From Trichosphaerium sp. ATCC 40318 (lineage: Eukaryota; Protista; Tubulinea): a stretch of DNA of 64,000 nucleotides. The translations under genes and the position numbers were made by a program. Positions 14,201-26,560 of the stretch are shown piece after piece. How positions within the stretch are numbered: the stretch's first letter is position 1; each line of letters opens with the position of its first letter. The stretch spans positions 248,001 to 312,000 of the forward strand of contig JALMLS010000564.1 in NCBI GenBank assembly GCA_038496445.1, in the 5' to 3' direction. Under the pieces are notes generated by a model that made no database searches, was not told where the DNA came from, and saw only the letters and a program-made list of their open reading frames with translations.

Positions 14201-16300
14201 CAATTGTATTTGCGTGAAAGGGTGTTACAATATTGGATTACCTTCTCATCGTGTAAATCCATCGACACACCAAAATCACATTTTGGAAGGACTGGAGGCG
14301 CTAAAATATTAGTTCGATTCCCCTAGAGAATAATCTTAAACTTGTGAGTTAGACGTCTAAGAAACTTACTTGCGATTTCTTGTTTGGTACAAATTCAGTC
14401 TTCATTGGCATACGTGCTTTAGGTTCAAACTCGTTTTTACTTATGTCATATAAGTGATTAAACATGAACTGACCACGCACCTGGACTCAATAGGTGTAGG
14501 TAAATGTATTTCATAGTTGAAGAAAAACATGTAGATCCAATACGCAGTACGATACACAGCTTCCTAAGGAAAGTAAGTATACAAAACTAGAATGAAAGAC
14601 ACACGATAAGTACCTTTTTGGAGTCACCTTTTACAAGGAATAATGGTGTGAAATGTAGTGGTTGCTCACCTAGGCAAACAACATCCGCAGCTACCTAGAA
14701 ATACAGCTTAGATCCTGATTAAAAGAGAATACAAGCGAAAGCTTACACCATTGTCGTTCATTTTTTGTTTGGCAATAACAGCCAATTTGTTATCAACCTC
14801 AAATACACCACAGCCAGGTGTCACAATGATTATAATCTAAGTAACCATAAGACCGAATAAATTTCGAGTTTAATCCAGTTGACATACCTGACCGCATCTA
14901 GTCATATCCCTGTCTCTGAAATGCTACAAACAAAACCATTACAACTTTGCAAGGATAACAGCCATACTTTTTCAAAATCTAATGCAGCCAAGCAAATACA
15001 CTCTAGTAGTGGTGATTGACTCGCTGAAGCATTGGTACCAAGAGCAGTTGGAGAGTCACTACCATTTCTCCAGTTCATAATACTTGGGTATTGCACAAAT
15101 TTTTGCTATGTATACAAGTAAGCTATACAACAACTCTTATATTACGAAAAGTGTCAACCACTACAAACCTTAACCATAGTTGTTACACTATCCCAATCAC
15201 CACGTATATCCTCACAAATAACTGTATAAAAGTCTTGGTAATGCCATCCGTTAGCGTCAACTAGTAGTCTTTCGCTAGGTAACTGGGACGCTTCCCAAGG
15301 CGTATAGAAAGTACGAGAAGTGAATATCTAAAAACCTTGAATGGAAAGTTGTATACAAAAAAAAGTCAAAAATTTCTTACGACTGTCAACGAATGATGTG
15401 TTCCTTGCTTTTCCCATTTTTGGAATAACACTGCCATGAACCCATGTAGCTTTGCATTGAATAAATACGAATAAAAACCAACAAGTTTGTATAAAATAAA
15501 GGCATGTGCGTACAGCTTTTTCAAAGTGAAGATACCCATTATTTGAGTAATCCCACATTTCTCTACTCATTTGAATGTACAATATTATTTTAGCTGATGC
15601 AGATCTTAAAACTACACGTGTTTCATCTGTTACAAGACCAGACTTTATATTCTCTCCATTCTTTGATACTAGGTCACCAACAGTCATCTACGCCCATGTA
15701 AGTAAGTAGTTCTAGGGAACCACTAAACAGTACCATCAAACCTTTGAAAAATTCAACACGTTTACCAATGTATGTCGTTTTAGCAATAAGCTGATTTTTT
15801 AGACGCCACATGTCACTTCGGCCAACGTATGAGTCTCTAAATGTCAACATTACTAGTGCTAACTCTACATCTATCGTAGTAGTCAGGTATTTTAACATGT
15901 TCGTTATAGAATGTCATTGTAACGTCACTATATCACTAGCGCATTGAGCAGTAGTATAGTACCTTCTTGTTCGGCTGGTTCAGCATAAATGGATTCTCTA
16001 TGCTCTAATTTAAATGTTTTCGCCACTGGCTCGCGTATACTTATCGCTAAGCCGGGGATTGCTAGAAAGAGTTACAAAAAATTGTTAAGCTGTCAGCATT
16101 GCTCCAAAATGCTATCCACGCGTACTATTAGTGATCCAACCGATTGCTACGTGAAAACGCTCTATACGGTCATTGTACAAACTCAAAATGTCACCTTCTT
16201 TTGCGTTTGGGAAGAAGTCTGGGTGTACAACCAAATCATGGTCATGGTTTTTGTGTACCCACGCCCTGAGCTGTTTTTGCTTCTCTTTGCGCCCACTCAT
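11218..16300 (-). CDS. DEPDC5: GATOR1 complex subunit DEPDC5/Iml1
   Basis: YVGRSDMWRLK, VLRSASAKIILYIQMSREMWD...YLHFEKAV, TPGCGVFEVD, CLGEQPLHFTPLF, PHWKSLTQPAALPITTNWFP, ELISQRLAQTYQI, DEP-like FTGKACIDWL, YVHRSGAMLV. More than 20 exons. Confidence 0.95.
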
Positions 16301-16461
16301 CTACAACATACACAACGCCTCAAACTTGCCGCTTGTACGCATACATCAACTCCTTGTCAAGCCTGAAATGAAAGCTGTGATAATACTTCAGCAGCGAAGC
16401 TTCTTGACTTGCAATTCCGTTAAAAATTGTGTTAAAGCGCTGCAATAATAAACACAAAATT

Positions 16462-17085
16462 ATGGCTGACAAAAAAGACGACTACCTAAAGGCCGGTAGC
16501 AAAAAGAAGAGCAAAAAAAAGAAGTATAGGAAGTCTCGCGAAATAACGTCGCCACCGCTATCGCCAACTGGAACGCACTTAAAGAAAAGCGGTAGTGACG
16601 CCACTAGAGAGAGAACTGGTTCTGGTGTAGTGGATATTTTCGGTGTAGGCGTTGGTGTAGCACATGAAGAGCAAGAACTGGAAACAGCAATACCCATTCG
16701 CAATGGCAAAGGTAATTATCCGGTCGCCAAAAAAAGCACTAAACATGCTCGCTAATTTCTGTCTGCTTCTTGTACACTAATAACGCACGACTGACCCTAC
16801 TTAGACAAGAAAAAGCGTAAAGGACTACAATTGTCTTCTAAAAAATACAACAAGGACAAAATGCGCAAAGAAGAACATAAACTGCAAATGCAGCGCCGAG
16901 CAGAACTGTTAAAACAAGTTGCACAATTAGAAAAGGCTAAAAAGAAGGAGGACCGCGCTACAAAGGACAAGATGATTGATTTACTGACTAGTTTGATTGA
17001 AATGGGTAAATACAGGCAACCTCCAAAGCCTGAAAGGTCCTTTACATGGCTAGAACCAGGCCACAAGCCTCCACCAGTGACATAG
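16462..17085 (+). CDS. Small Lys-rich/coiled-coil hypothetical protein (2 exons)
   Basis: MADKKDDYLKAGSKKKSKKKK..., GT-AG intron at about 16712-16804, second exon ends ...HKPPPVT*. Confidence 0.6.
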
Positions 17086-17293
17086 TCACGTAGGCAGAAA
17101 ATAACTCGAAGTTAACTCCACTTGACATGCAACTTTATGCAAATATGGGTGTTGTTGTTTTTCTTTTGTAAATACTGTACACTACAAGAATGAAGTAAAC
17201 CAAGGCGTCGTGCGTTACGCAGTCACCAATTTTTTGTCGTTTAGCATTTTTTGACTTTAGACAAAAATAGACTTTTGTTGCTAGTTGAATTGG

Positions 17294-18016
17294 ATGGCTA
17301 ACAACGGAGCGAGTGACGCAGAACCAGCCCCTCAACCAGGGTTACGTACGTACATGAGAAACGTGGTACAGACAGTTCGTTAAGTAAAAGTAGCTACGAA
17401 TACTGAGCAAAATGAACCATTAGAGGCGCAAAACGAAACAGACGATGTATACGATAGATTGAAGCAATTTACTGAGGTTTGATATTTGTACGCTCGATAA
17501 TTTAACGTAAGCAAGAAATTATGCAATATGGACGATAATTTGGGCATGGATGAACATGAGCGCAAGTCGATAGCAAGTGACATCTTAAAAGCCCAAACAT
17601 TACACATGACAGATCAACTACGCGCTGCTCAAATGCAACAATTGGTCGAAGAATGCCGTACACGCGAAATGGAATGGTAATCTAACAAAAAAATCATGTA
17701 ACTTGACATCTGCCTCAGGAAATCGCTTGCGGACCTCTTTCAACAATACAAGGACAAGATGAGTACCGAGATGGAAGAAATGAGAGACGCAATAATACAG
17801 TACAGAGAGAACAAGCAAGAGCTTGAGAAAACACTTCACAAAGCGAACTTGGAGAACAAGAAGCTAACAACAAAGATTATGATGTACGAAGACGTCGTGG
17901 TCACAATGAAAATGAACCATCAGAGAAAACAGAACCTAGCCCGAATGCAAGACGAAGTTGAGCGCGACGACAAGTTAGTGGCTTCCTTGATTGCCAAGAT
18001 TAATGTGGACGACTGA
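17294..18016 (+). CDS. Coiled-coil hypothetical protein (about 4 exons)
   Basis: MANNGASDAEPAPQ... spliced to E/K/Q-rich heptad exons ending IAKINVDD*. Confidence 0.6.
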
Positions 18017-18193
18017 ACCCATGAACAGTCACACTGTCGGTTCACTGTTTGCCCTTTGACTACTCGTAGTTGATGCACAATAATAAATAAAATAGCCTTG
18101 CAACAGCGTCATAACGGAAATTGACCATTGTGAGACTGAATCCAATCTATTCAGAAAAAATTGTTTTGTAAAACTTCTCACGCCACTGCGGTG

Positions 18194-21100
18194 ATGAACA
18201 TTCAGATATGGGTTGAGGAGCTTCAGTCTCTATCGAGACAGCTCGATCACGAGCTCTCCCGTTCCGATTATGCTAACTTCTGGGCGATCTTACCGCATAA
18301 GACTACACAGTACCTAACGGTACTGTTAGTCAAGTTAGCGACGTTCTGGAGCGGAGAGCTCGAATGTACGCGGTTAGAAGATATTTTAGCTGATGTTGCT
18401 GGTGGTACTCCTACCAAGCCCGTATTGGCGCCTAACAACAAAATGACAGAAGCTGGTACGCCTAACGTTTATTGCCACTGCGTAACGGTGAAAAGCTTGC
18501 ACAGATAAAGAAGCGACGCTCTTGACCACTTATTTCCTCTCTCTTTACCACAATGACATTGATGCCGAATACTTTCCATTCCAAAGAGCGTTTCGAAGGA
18601 CAAAGAATTTTATCGATTCTTTTAAAGACCGCTTCCAACCAACCCAGGAACAACAGTTCATTTTTGAGGTATTTACTTTTTTCACTTCATAAATGTCACT
18701 CAAATGCTTTGCATTATGTCGTTAAATCGATATTTAATGTTTTGTGAGCTAGGTTTTTCGTATGCTTGGACGTAAAGGTGTTTACGCTAATTTTGTACCA
18801 CCAATGGATATTTTATTATTACACTGTTGTGCCGTTAAATATCCGGCTGATTATGCATTCACTGGACAAAATGCAAGTCACAGTACGTGCCTACAGGAAG
18901 TATTTAATACCTTGGTAACTAAACTTTTTTTTTTTAGTGTCACCTTGTTTGGTACATCCCTACCTCCTTAAACAAGCTCAGAGTTATGGTGGTGATGAAG
19001 CTATTCAAACTATTATTACATTACTCAAACAACCATTTGATGAGCGCGTTTCTGTGCAACTACTGCACTTATTAAAATCGTTATTAACTTCAGTACGAAA
19101 TCATCACCAATTTTTTTCTTAGGCTAACATGCAGCTAGACTGCTCAAGTATTTCCATCAGTTATTGAACAAGCAATTCAAGTGGTCAAACAATTTTATCT
19201 ATGGCCTCAGCCTTATTGCAGTTTCGCTAGAGAGATTTTAAAGTTACTTACAATCGAAAAAAAATCACCTGGTTTTTCTCTTAGATCAGCTCTACTGAGG
19301 CAACAACCGAAATTGCAACCTCGTGTTACGCACTCTAGCAATAGCAGGTACGTATTACCATAACCGAACGATGAAAGACGCTAAGTGAGATTGTATAGAC
19401 TCTCTGAAAACGAAGTATACTTATTTATCGATAACAAGTGTGAAGCTGCAACTGGTGTGGGAGAAGTACTCCAAGCGCTTTCAGCGCCTTCAGGTTCAAT
19501 CAAAGACGCAAAGATTGGCATAATTACAGGTGAAAATAAAGAAGCCAAGAAAAAAATAGTACTCATTTATTTTGGTTGTAGGCGTATTCTGTAGCTGCCT
19601 GGATATGAAACCCGAACAAATATTACTTGATGATTGTTCTAATGAACATATTGACGCGTTTTACTCTAAAGCATTGATGATAATGAATCAAGCAATGATG
19701 AAGTACATGAAATTTTATTTTTGTTACAAAAAGGTAATTAACTCTGTCCAGGCGCGACGGTGAAGCCCAAGCCTATTATAGAAAGGCTTTAAACGATTTA
19801 CGGATTGAGATTGAGTCTTTAAACAGTAATACACGTAGCAACGGACGCCCTAGCGTAGGCAGATTCGCTAAAAAGACACCGTATGTCTTTCTTTAATCCT
19901 CGGGATTAATAATTTTTTTGATTTTCAAAAAAAAAATATTGCTAACTCCTTATTAAGCCAATTTCCGCTTGATTTTAATATTCATTATGTTGACTCGGAT
20001 TGTAAGACCGGTGTTTCTAAGCGTCTGAACGGCTGGTTTGATAGGCAATCAACTATGGTTTTGAGAAAGGTATTGGAGCAATATAAACATGTATCATTAC
20101 AACAAGGCTGGTATGTTTTTATGATCAATTAATTACGTTTCCTTTATTCATTCCCTTTAGGAAGCAACTACATACAGTGCGTATAGGCATCATTGGCAAT
20201 GATGCAACAATACATACAATTGTTAGCTCGTACTTGGTTTTACGTATGAAGGACGCTAGCTTATTTGATACTATCGATTTGCGTTTTTTTTTCGTTCCTA
20301 CTTCAAACTCTACCTTGGCTCGTTACTTGAGCAGTCACGATGGATGGTATGCGCGTAATGTAATGGTTTTATCTGGTGCTGTTTTATCACTATTGCCTCG
20401 AAACATGCAGGTACGCGAAATGGTTGAAACTATTTTATTTTTATTTACTTTCATCTACAGAGGCAGATAAGGACTCTACGTGATAATGATGTTAGTAATT
20501 TACCACAAGCATCCCCTGGCACAGGAAAGCAAGGTTCCGTTTGCGACCCTTCGTTTGTATTGCGTACACAGTTATCTCACTACATCCGGTACGTAATGAG
20601 TCGTTTTTTTGTTCTTGCTTCTTTTGTTAGTTTACTGGCTAACCATTATTTTAGTGAGGCGCGATGGCCATGTAGGATGAATATGTACATATGTCGTTGT
20701 ACTAGGAAGAATCAAGAAACGACAATTCCTTTTGCTCTACGCGCTGATATCACTATGAGTTCAGATCCGTCTCGACCTAATACTAGTCGTAGTCAATTCA
20801 ATATTAAATATGTTCACGTATGTGCTTGCACTACAGTATGAATTTTTGACGTTTTTTAGGTTTCTCAAAACGGAAATTTGCTTGCGAATCAAATTGGAGA
20901 TAAAGAACGGGTACTGTACTCACTTGTTTGTTAGTACACGCTAACTTGTATAGAATTGTCGTTCTATCTCACTCGTATCTGTTCCTCGCCCTGAAGAAAG
21001 CGAATTACTTGGTTCTGTAACCCCTTCTAAGCCTTGGTTAGAACTTTTTGTTGAAGAGGTATGCCGTCCCATTCCATGATTTTTTTTTCAATGCTGACGA

Positions 21101-21370
21101 GGTTTATAGCGCCACAGTCAGTTGCGTGTACATGTCACAGAGTGTGAGATTACCATTAAAGAATCTCGCTCACAATTTTTCATCGTATTGGATGATAAAA
21201 CGCAAGTCTATGGACCATTCACTAAGATAAAGTACGCGAGTGCTAAGTGTTAATTTGCGAAGCTCATTTTTTTTTTCAGGATTACTCCAGCATACATGGA
21301 TGGTGACGTTGGCCCTGTATTTTCGTTCCCTGTAATGGCATTCTTGCCATTTGTAACACAGGCAACGTAG
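18194..21370 (+). CDS. Class IB PI3K regulatory subunit-like protein (p101/PIK3R5 - p84/PIK3R6 family)
   Basis: QFYLWPQPYCSFAREILKLLTIEKKSPGFS, RIGIIGND...LRFFFVP...LARYLSSHDGWYARNV and C-terminal FSFPVMAFLP resemble, in order, the recalled p101 blocks LTWPVPYCS...ELKAPGIS, RVVVFGSD...LQFFYVP...HYLGMLDPWYERNV and LPIMTFSG. Confidence 0.75.
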
Positions 21371-21602
21371 AGGGGTTCTTTTTTTTTTGAAGACATAATT
21401 GTCTTATTGTGTTTCTACTTTCTTACTAAGCTTGTAAATAAATTACTGATTTTTCTAACGACCTCTTTTCAAACTACTGTTCGTACGGTAATACTATTTG
21501 AAAACTGGAGATAACCAGTTTGGCAAAGCGAAATACTGCGTGTTTAGTTACGCGGCCGTTTTTGGCGGCAATGTCAAACTAAATCATAGTACTATTACCA
21601 AA

Positions 21603-22107
21603 ATGCCCATGAAATCAACTCCAGCTTTTATTAAGAGACGTACTAATAAAGAGGGTGTTAAATACCGTGCTTACATGCGGCTTGCAAAGGCAGGTATAAA
21701 TATTGCAGCACAAAAAGAGCAAAATAAAAGCTCTGGTAAATGTGTAATCCATGGGATGAAAGTTGGTACGCGTAATAGCCGTTTTTTCGAAATATTACAA
21801 AAATTGCTGATTATTCCTCACAGAGGTTGTGGATACAGACATGTTCGAGATAGGCAGTGCGTATATTCGCTTTATTGATGCCGCTATGACTCTTGCGGAT
21901 GATGTAATTGCGGAAGCCACAACAAAGGTGAAGGAGGCAGAAGCTGAGCTTAAACGCGTAGAAGCCAGACATAAAAAGTTGCAAGGGAAAATACAAAAAC
22001 GTAAACGCAAAATAAGACGCTTAGAGCGTATTTCTAGAAGGGCATCTGCCAAAATTCGACGTCTCAGAGATGTGAAAGGAGCAGAGTACCTAAGCCAAGG
22101 GCTTTAA
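21603..22107 (+). CDS. Small basic coiled-coil hypothetical protein (2 exons)
   Basis: MPMKSTPAFIKRR..., intron at about 21766-21823, then a C-terminal K/R-rich helix. Confidence 0.55.
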
Positions 22108-22250
22108 AATGTATTATAAATGTAAAAAACAAGTAAAGGATGTATGTGTAATTTTTTGTTCGTTAAGGGTGACTCAAATAAGCCATCTATTCCGTGAAAA
22201 GTGCTAAAGTCCATTGCTGATTTGCACCTTATCAATCACAAACCGTCACA

Positions 22251-24207
22251 ATGTGCACACGACTTGCAATGACAGTTTGTCCAAGTATGCTGGTTAACGA
22301 TATAGACTGGAGCGCTCAGTGAGTTGGGTAGAATCAGCACAGCTTTGTTAACTTGTGAAAAGGTTTTACGACAAAGATTTTTATTCTCAAACATGGAACG
22401 GTCCTCATGGTTGCTTTGTGCCTTGCGTTTTCCGTACGCCTTATTACTGAATAAATGTTTTAATACGTTTCTAGCGGTTTCTGGTGTAACGTCGTTCGCC
22501 GCAATGCGTTGGGGATTTCAACGAGAAGCGTACAAGCTCTTTTTCTTTTTTGCGCGCTTTTTACACTAACACTGTTTCTGTAGTAAATTGACGCCTGTAC
22601 AACAAATAAAGTACGTGTTTAAGCAAATGTCAGATTGTTTAAAATAATAAACGTCATTAGCTACACAGATCTCCAAACACCGCAATGGAGCAAGTACTCA
22701 TCAAATAGATGCGTAATACTGATAGAAGGGTACGCGAAAAACAGAATTCTACCAAAGCGGTTTTACAAAATCTCACAAAATCAGTTACTACGAGTGGAAT
22801 GCGCGTCAACCATACTTTTTCTATCATAAACAGCCACAACGCCTATTTCTGCCGGTTGCAGGTATTTACACCAAACATATTGATGCAACACGTACGTACC
22901 TACACCCAAATACTTGCTATTAACGCCATATAGGGCGTGAAATTTACTCCTTTGCGATTATAACAAAACTTGCCCGAACGGACATACAACAAAAACTTAC
23001 ACTGAGATATATGCCTGCACTTCTAGATAAATCAGCAATACAGGTAAATTAATCAAAAAAAAAAAAAAGCCGAAAACAAAATGTAGCCGTTTTATTTTTG
23101 TTATACGTTATTTATTTTTTTTGTAGACTTGGATTCATGGGTCATTAGAACAAGGTATATCTTGTATAACAACAGAAAGCGAGCCTTCTCGAAACCTAAC
23201 ATAGTACGAACGCTTTTACTACTTATTTAAGCACAAAATCGCTAAAAAGCATTAAAACTAGTCACCCTGTAAATGAAAAGCTTGAAGATGTACGATGGAA
23301 CAGTTATCAATGCAAACATGTATATATACAACAAGGTTATAGCACGTGAGTACTTTATCATGCTGTACATGTTTCTGACGCACGCACAAAACGCGTGAAA
23401 TTGACGTATCTTACTTAATGGTCTTTTCTCCTATTTACGTGTTTTTAGGCCAAGAAAACGAAAAATAGGTTTCTCACCACCAAGACCTGTTAGTCCAACA
23501 ACAAATTGTGCTTCACAATCACGGCCCAGGAAAAGGGCAAAATCGAGCATCAGACCTATGGTGGCTGATAGTCCACCAAAGAAGAAGATTCCTCAGTCAC
23601 TATCGGCTCCAGATTCATTAAAAGAGGCTGCTAAGTTTCCTGTGCGTAGTGGAATACATGTTTACGCGTTCACAGTTACTTAATATTTTTGTAGGTTGAC
23701 TTTGATAAGGAATTTAATATAGACACTGCGTCCTACTTTAAACTGGAGTTAGATTTCGATACTTATACTGGTCTTCGCTTACCAGAGTACGTGTAATTCA
23801 AGATATTTTATGTTATAGCTCTAGAGTATAGTCAGTATGCGTTATGTGCTCTATGTTGTTGTTTGTACTTATTAACTAGTTTTACCCTTCAATTTGTTTT
23901 GAAAGCGTCTTTCAAACCTTTTTGTTGTTTTCTTTTGCTCATGTTGTACTCACAAGGTCTAAAAGGCCGGTGTCGCCAGAAGGCGAGCTCTTAGATTCTG
24001 ATAGGGTATGTTTAACTTGTTAGTTTTCACGTTTTGTCTTTTTTTTTTTTGTGATTTCTGACATTTTTGTTTTAGCATAACCTTTCACAGAGTTTTGATT
24101 CTCTGTCTGTTAAAGATGATAATATGACAGATGAACATAGTAGTAGTGATGGTCGAGAGAGTTTATCGAGAAGCGCTGGGTTGTTTTCTTGGGATAAGCG
24201 AGTGTAG
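22251..24207 (+). CDS. Multi-exon hypothetical protein with a basic/Ser-Pro-rich C-half (NLS-like PRKRK, RKRAK), possibly nuclear
   Basis: A chain of short exons with GT-AG introns. No family recognised. Confidence 0.5.
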
Positions 24208-24298
24208 GAGTAGTTGACTATTTAATGTAGTTAGCCGGAAATTTTACCATGATTGTAAATAGAACAGACATAAATACTTGTATAGTTTTTGATCTTCA

Positions 24299-25596
24299 TT
24301 ATTTTTTTTTAAAGTACGTTTTGAAAGATGAAAAGTACTCAATATCATTTGTGGTTTGTGTAGGCGTTATGTCAGCGCTACAGTAAGCATGACCAAAATT
24401 TGGAATCCTGTTTTCAAAAAAAAGAAATCTGTCGTTGTGCACTATCAACGATACAAATACTATAGGTGCCATTAATTTGCGGTCAAGCACTAACTCAGGT
24501 ATCATGCAATGCTGTATAGAGTGAAGTGAATAGTATCGTTTATTTGAACTGTGGTTGAGTTAATACTCTGTATCACCATGTTGATAACAGCTACAGAAAA
24601 GGTCATTGTATCCATATTCTCTACGGTGAGGTGTATAATACACTAGCTGGCAATTTGGTCTTGTTCCAAAAGGTGGTAGAGGAAGTGATACAATACAACA
24701 AATACAAAATGAATGTTGTTGGCTTGACGGAGGTGTGGAAGTCGGAAATGTACCGTTCATTGCTGGAGGGAATGTGCCATTTGTAGATGGTGGAAAGGTG
24801 CCGTTTGTTGATGGTGGGAATGTGCCATTTGTAGATGGAGGAAATGTGCCGTTTGTTGATGGTGGAAAGGTACCGTTTGTAGAAGGTGGGAATGTGCCAT
24901 TGGTAGAAGGTGGGAATGTACCATTTGTAGAAGGTGGAAATGTGCCGTTTGTGGAAGGTGGGAATGTGCCATTTGTAGAAGGTGGGAATGTGCCGTTTGT
25001 AGAAGGTGGGAATGTGCCGTTTGTGGAAGGTGGAAATGTGCCGTTTGTTGATGGTGGAAATGTACCGTTTGTAGCTGGAGGAAAGGTACCGTTTGTAGAA
25101 GGTGGGAATGTGCCGTTTGTAGAAGGTGGGAATGTGCCGTTCATTGCTGGAGGGAAGGTGCCATTGGTGATGGTGGAAATGTGCCGTTTGTAGAAGGAGG
25201 GAATGTGCCATTCGTTGAAGGTGGGAAGGTACCGTTTGTAGAAGGAGGGAATGTGCCATTTGTTGATGGAGGAAAGGTACCGTTTGTAGAAGGTGGGGAT
25301 GTGCCATTTGTAGAAGGAGGGAATGTGCCATTCGTTGAAGGTGGGAAGGTGCCATTTGTAGATGGCGGGAATGTGCCATTTGTTGATGGAGGAGATGTGC
25401 CATTTGTTGATGGTGGAAAGGTTCCGTTTGTTGAAGGAGTAGTTCCGTTTGCTTGTACTTGAAAACTATCAGTTGTTGTCTCAATGTTTCCCTGAGAGCT
25501 TCTCAATGACCTGCGCTCACGCACGGATGAAACAGATAAAACCATTGCAGTCATGGATAAAAGTAAAACAGCAGCTATCACGTGTTTAAAAGGCAT
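24299..25596 (-). CDS. Secreted glycoprotein: signal peptide, about 30 x PPSTNGTF repeats, small Cys-containing C-terminal domain; one frameshift at about 25168
   Basis: N-terminal MPFKHVIAAVLLLSMTAMVLS and a basic RERR site. ORFs 25141-25596 and 24560-25144 carry the same repeat in different frames. C-terminal exons contain FCIC, PNC, FCSC and HAYC. Confidence 0.8.
24745..25455 (-). repeat. Coding 24-bp tandem repeat (PPSTNGTF), about 30 units
   Basis: The unit gtgccatttgtagaaggtgggaat and its synonymous variants are directly visible. Confidence 0.95.
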
Positions 25597-25819
25597 ATAG
25601 GATGAGGTGTTGGTTCGGTTGTATTTTTAAACTTGTTCTTAAGGGTTCACTTGAATTTGACTTGTAAGGACTTTTTTTTTTCTTGTTGCAGCAATAACCA
25701 TGGTGACGTGATACAATATTGCACAATTTTGGCACCATGCAATTTTTGTAACCAAAATGTACAACTGATTCCAAGTAATGGTGTGATGATTGTAACCATG
25801 TTTAGCAACTATTTTGTTT

Positions 25820-26560
25820 AGCGTTTCGTTTCGAGAAAAAAAAGAAGCCCAAACTCTGTCGCACATTTTTGTACTACGAGGGAAAGAACTGTTTATTTTG
25901 TTTGTATCAAGTGAAGTTAAAAAGTGTTGTATGAGATTAGAGTGTGATTTATGACAGGTAGGGGCACGTAAGCAAACTTTTTCTGTCGCATGTTTTATCA
26001 TACAAAACCTCCAATACTCTCCTGCTATCTGAAAACATTCCAACTCGCTTGGTGTACGTCGTAATATGGTTAGGAGTGTCTTTGTTGATTCAACAAACAA
26101 GCAACATGTTTTTGTTCGTGACATTTCGTGAAAGCGCTGCAAGTTAAACTTAGAGCCACTAAAAAGGTTTTTTATTGTAGAATCAAAGTACTGCACGTAC
26201 TAGGGTAGCTTGATATTTAGTAAAGCCACGTACAATATCTAGATACCAAGTATACTTGTAACAGTTTTAAGTGCCGTTTCGAGAAAAAAAAAAGATCACA
26301 ATAAGTGTCACTGTTGGTACCTATGACGAAAAGAAATAAGCCATGTTTAACTTGTTGTATCAAACCATAACCACTACGAATCTGGGATCGGACTGTGATT
26401 TTTAGAGGTGGTACATAACCCCAACTTTTTTTGCATCCTTTTTTAAAGCTTCTTAAAATTTTGCGAGTTTTCACGTTGTGCATTGGGTAAAAAAACCCCA
26501 TAATTCTCCCACTACCTGAAACACTCCAATTCGTGCGGTACACATTACAAGGTACATATA
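25820..26560 (-). pseudogene. Hypothetical, possibly degraded gene with an internal duplicated ELECFQxxGExW segment
   Basis: ORFs 25639-26196 and 26217-26543 with splice-like sites. PSELECFQIAGEYW (26011-26052) is echoed by PHELECF/QVVGELW (26498-26538), which carries a frameshift. Confidence 0.3.

Noticed and set aside
24745-25455. Regular short repeats that could be taken for a CRISPR array
   Set aside because: The units are contiguous with no unique spacers, lie within a coding frame, and no cas genes are present in this eukaryotic context.
24621-25484. ORFs of GGNVPFVE, HIPTFYKR and QMAH repeats
   Set aside because: Shadow frames of the 24-bp PPSTNGTF repeat. Third-position variation fits only the NGT frame.
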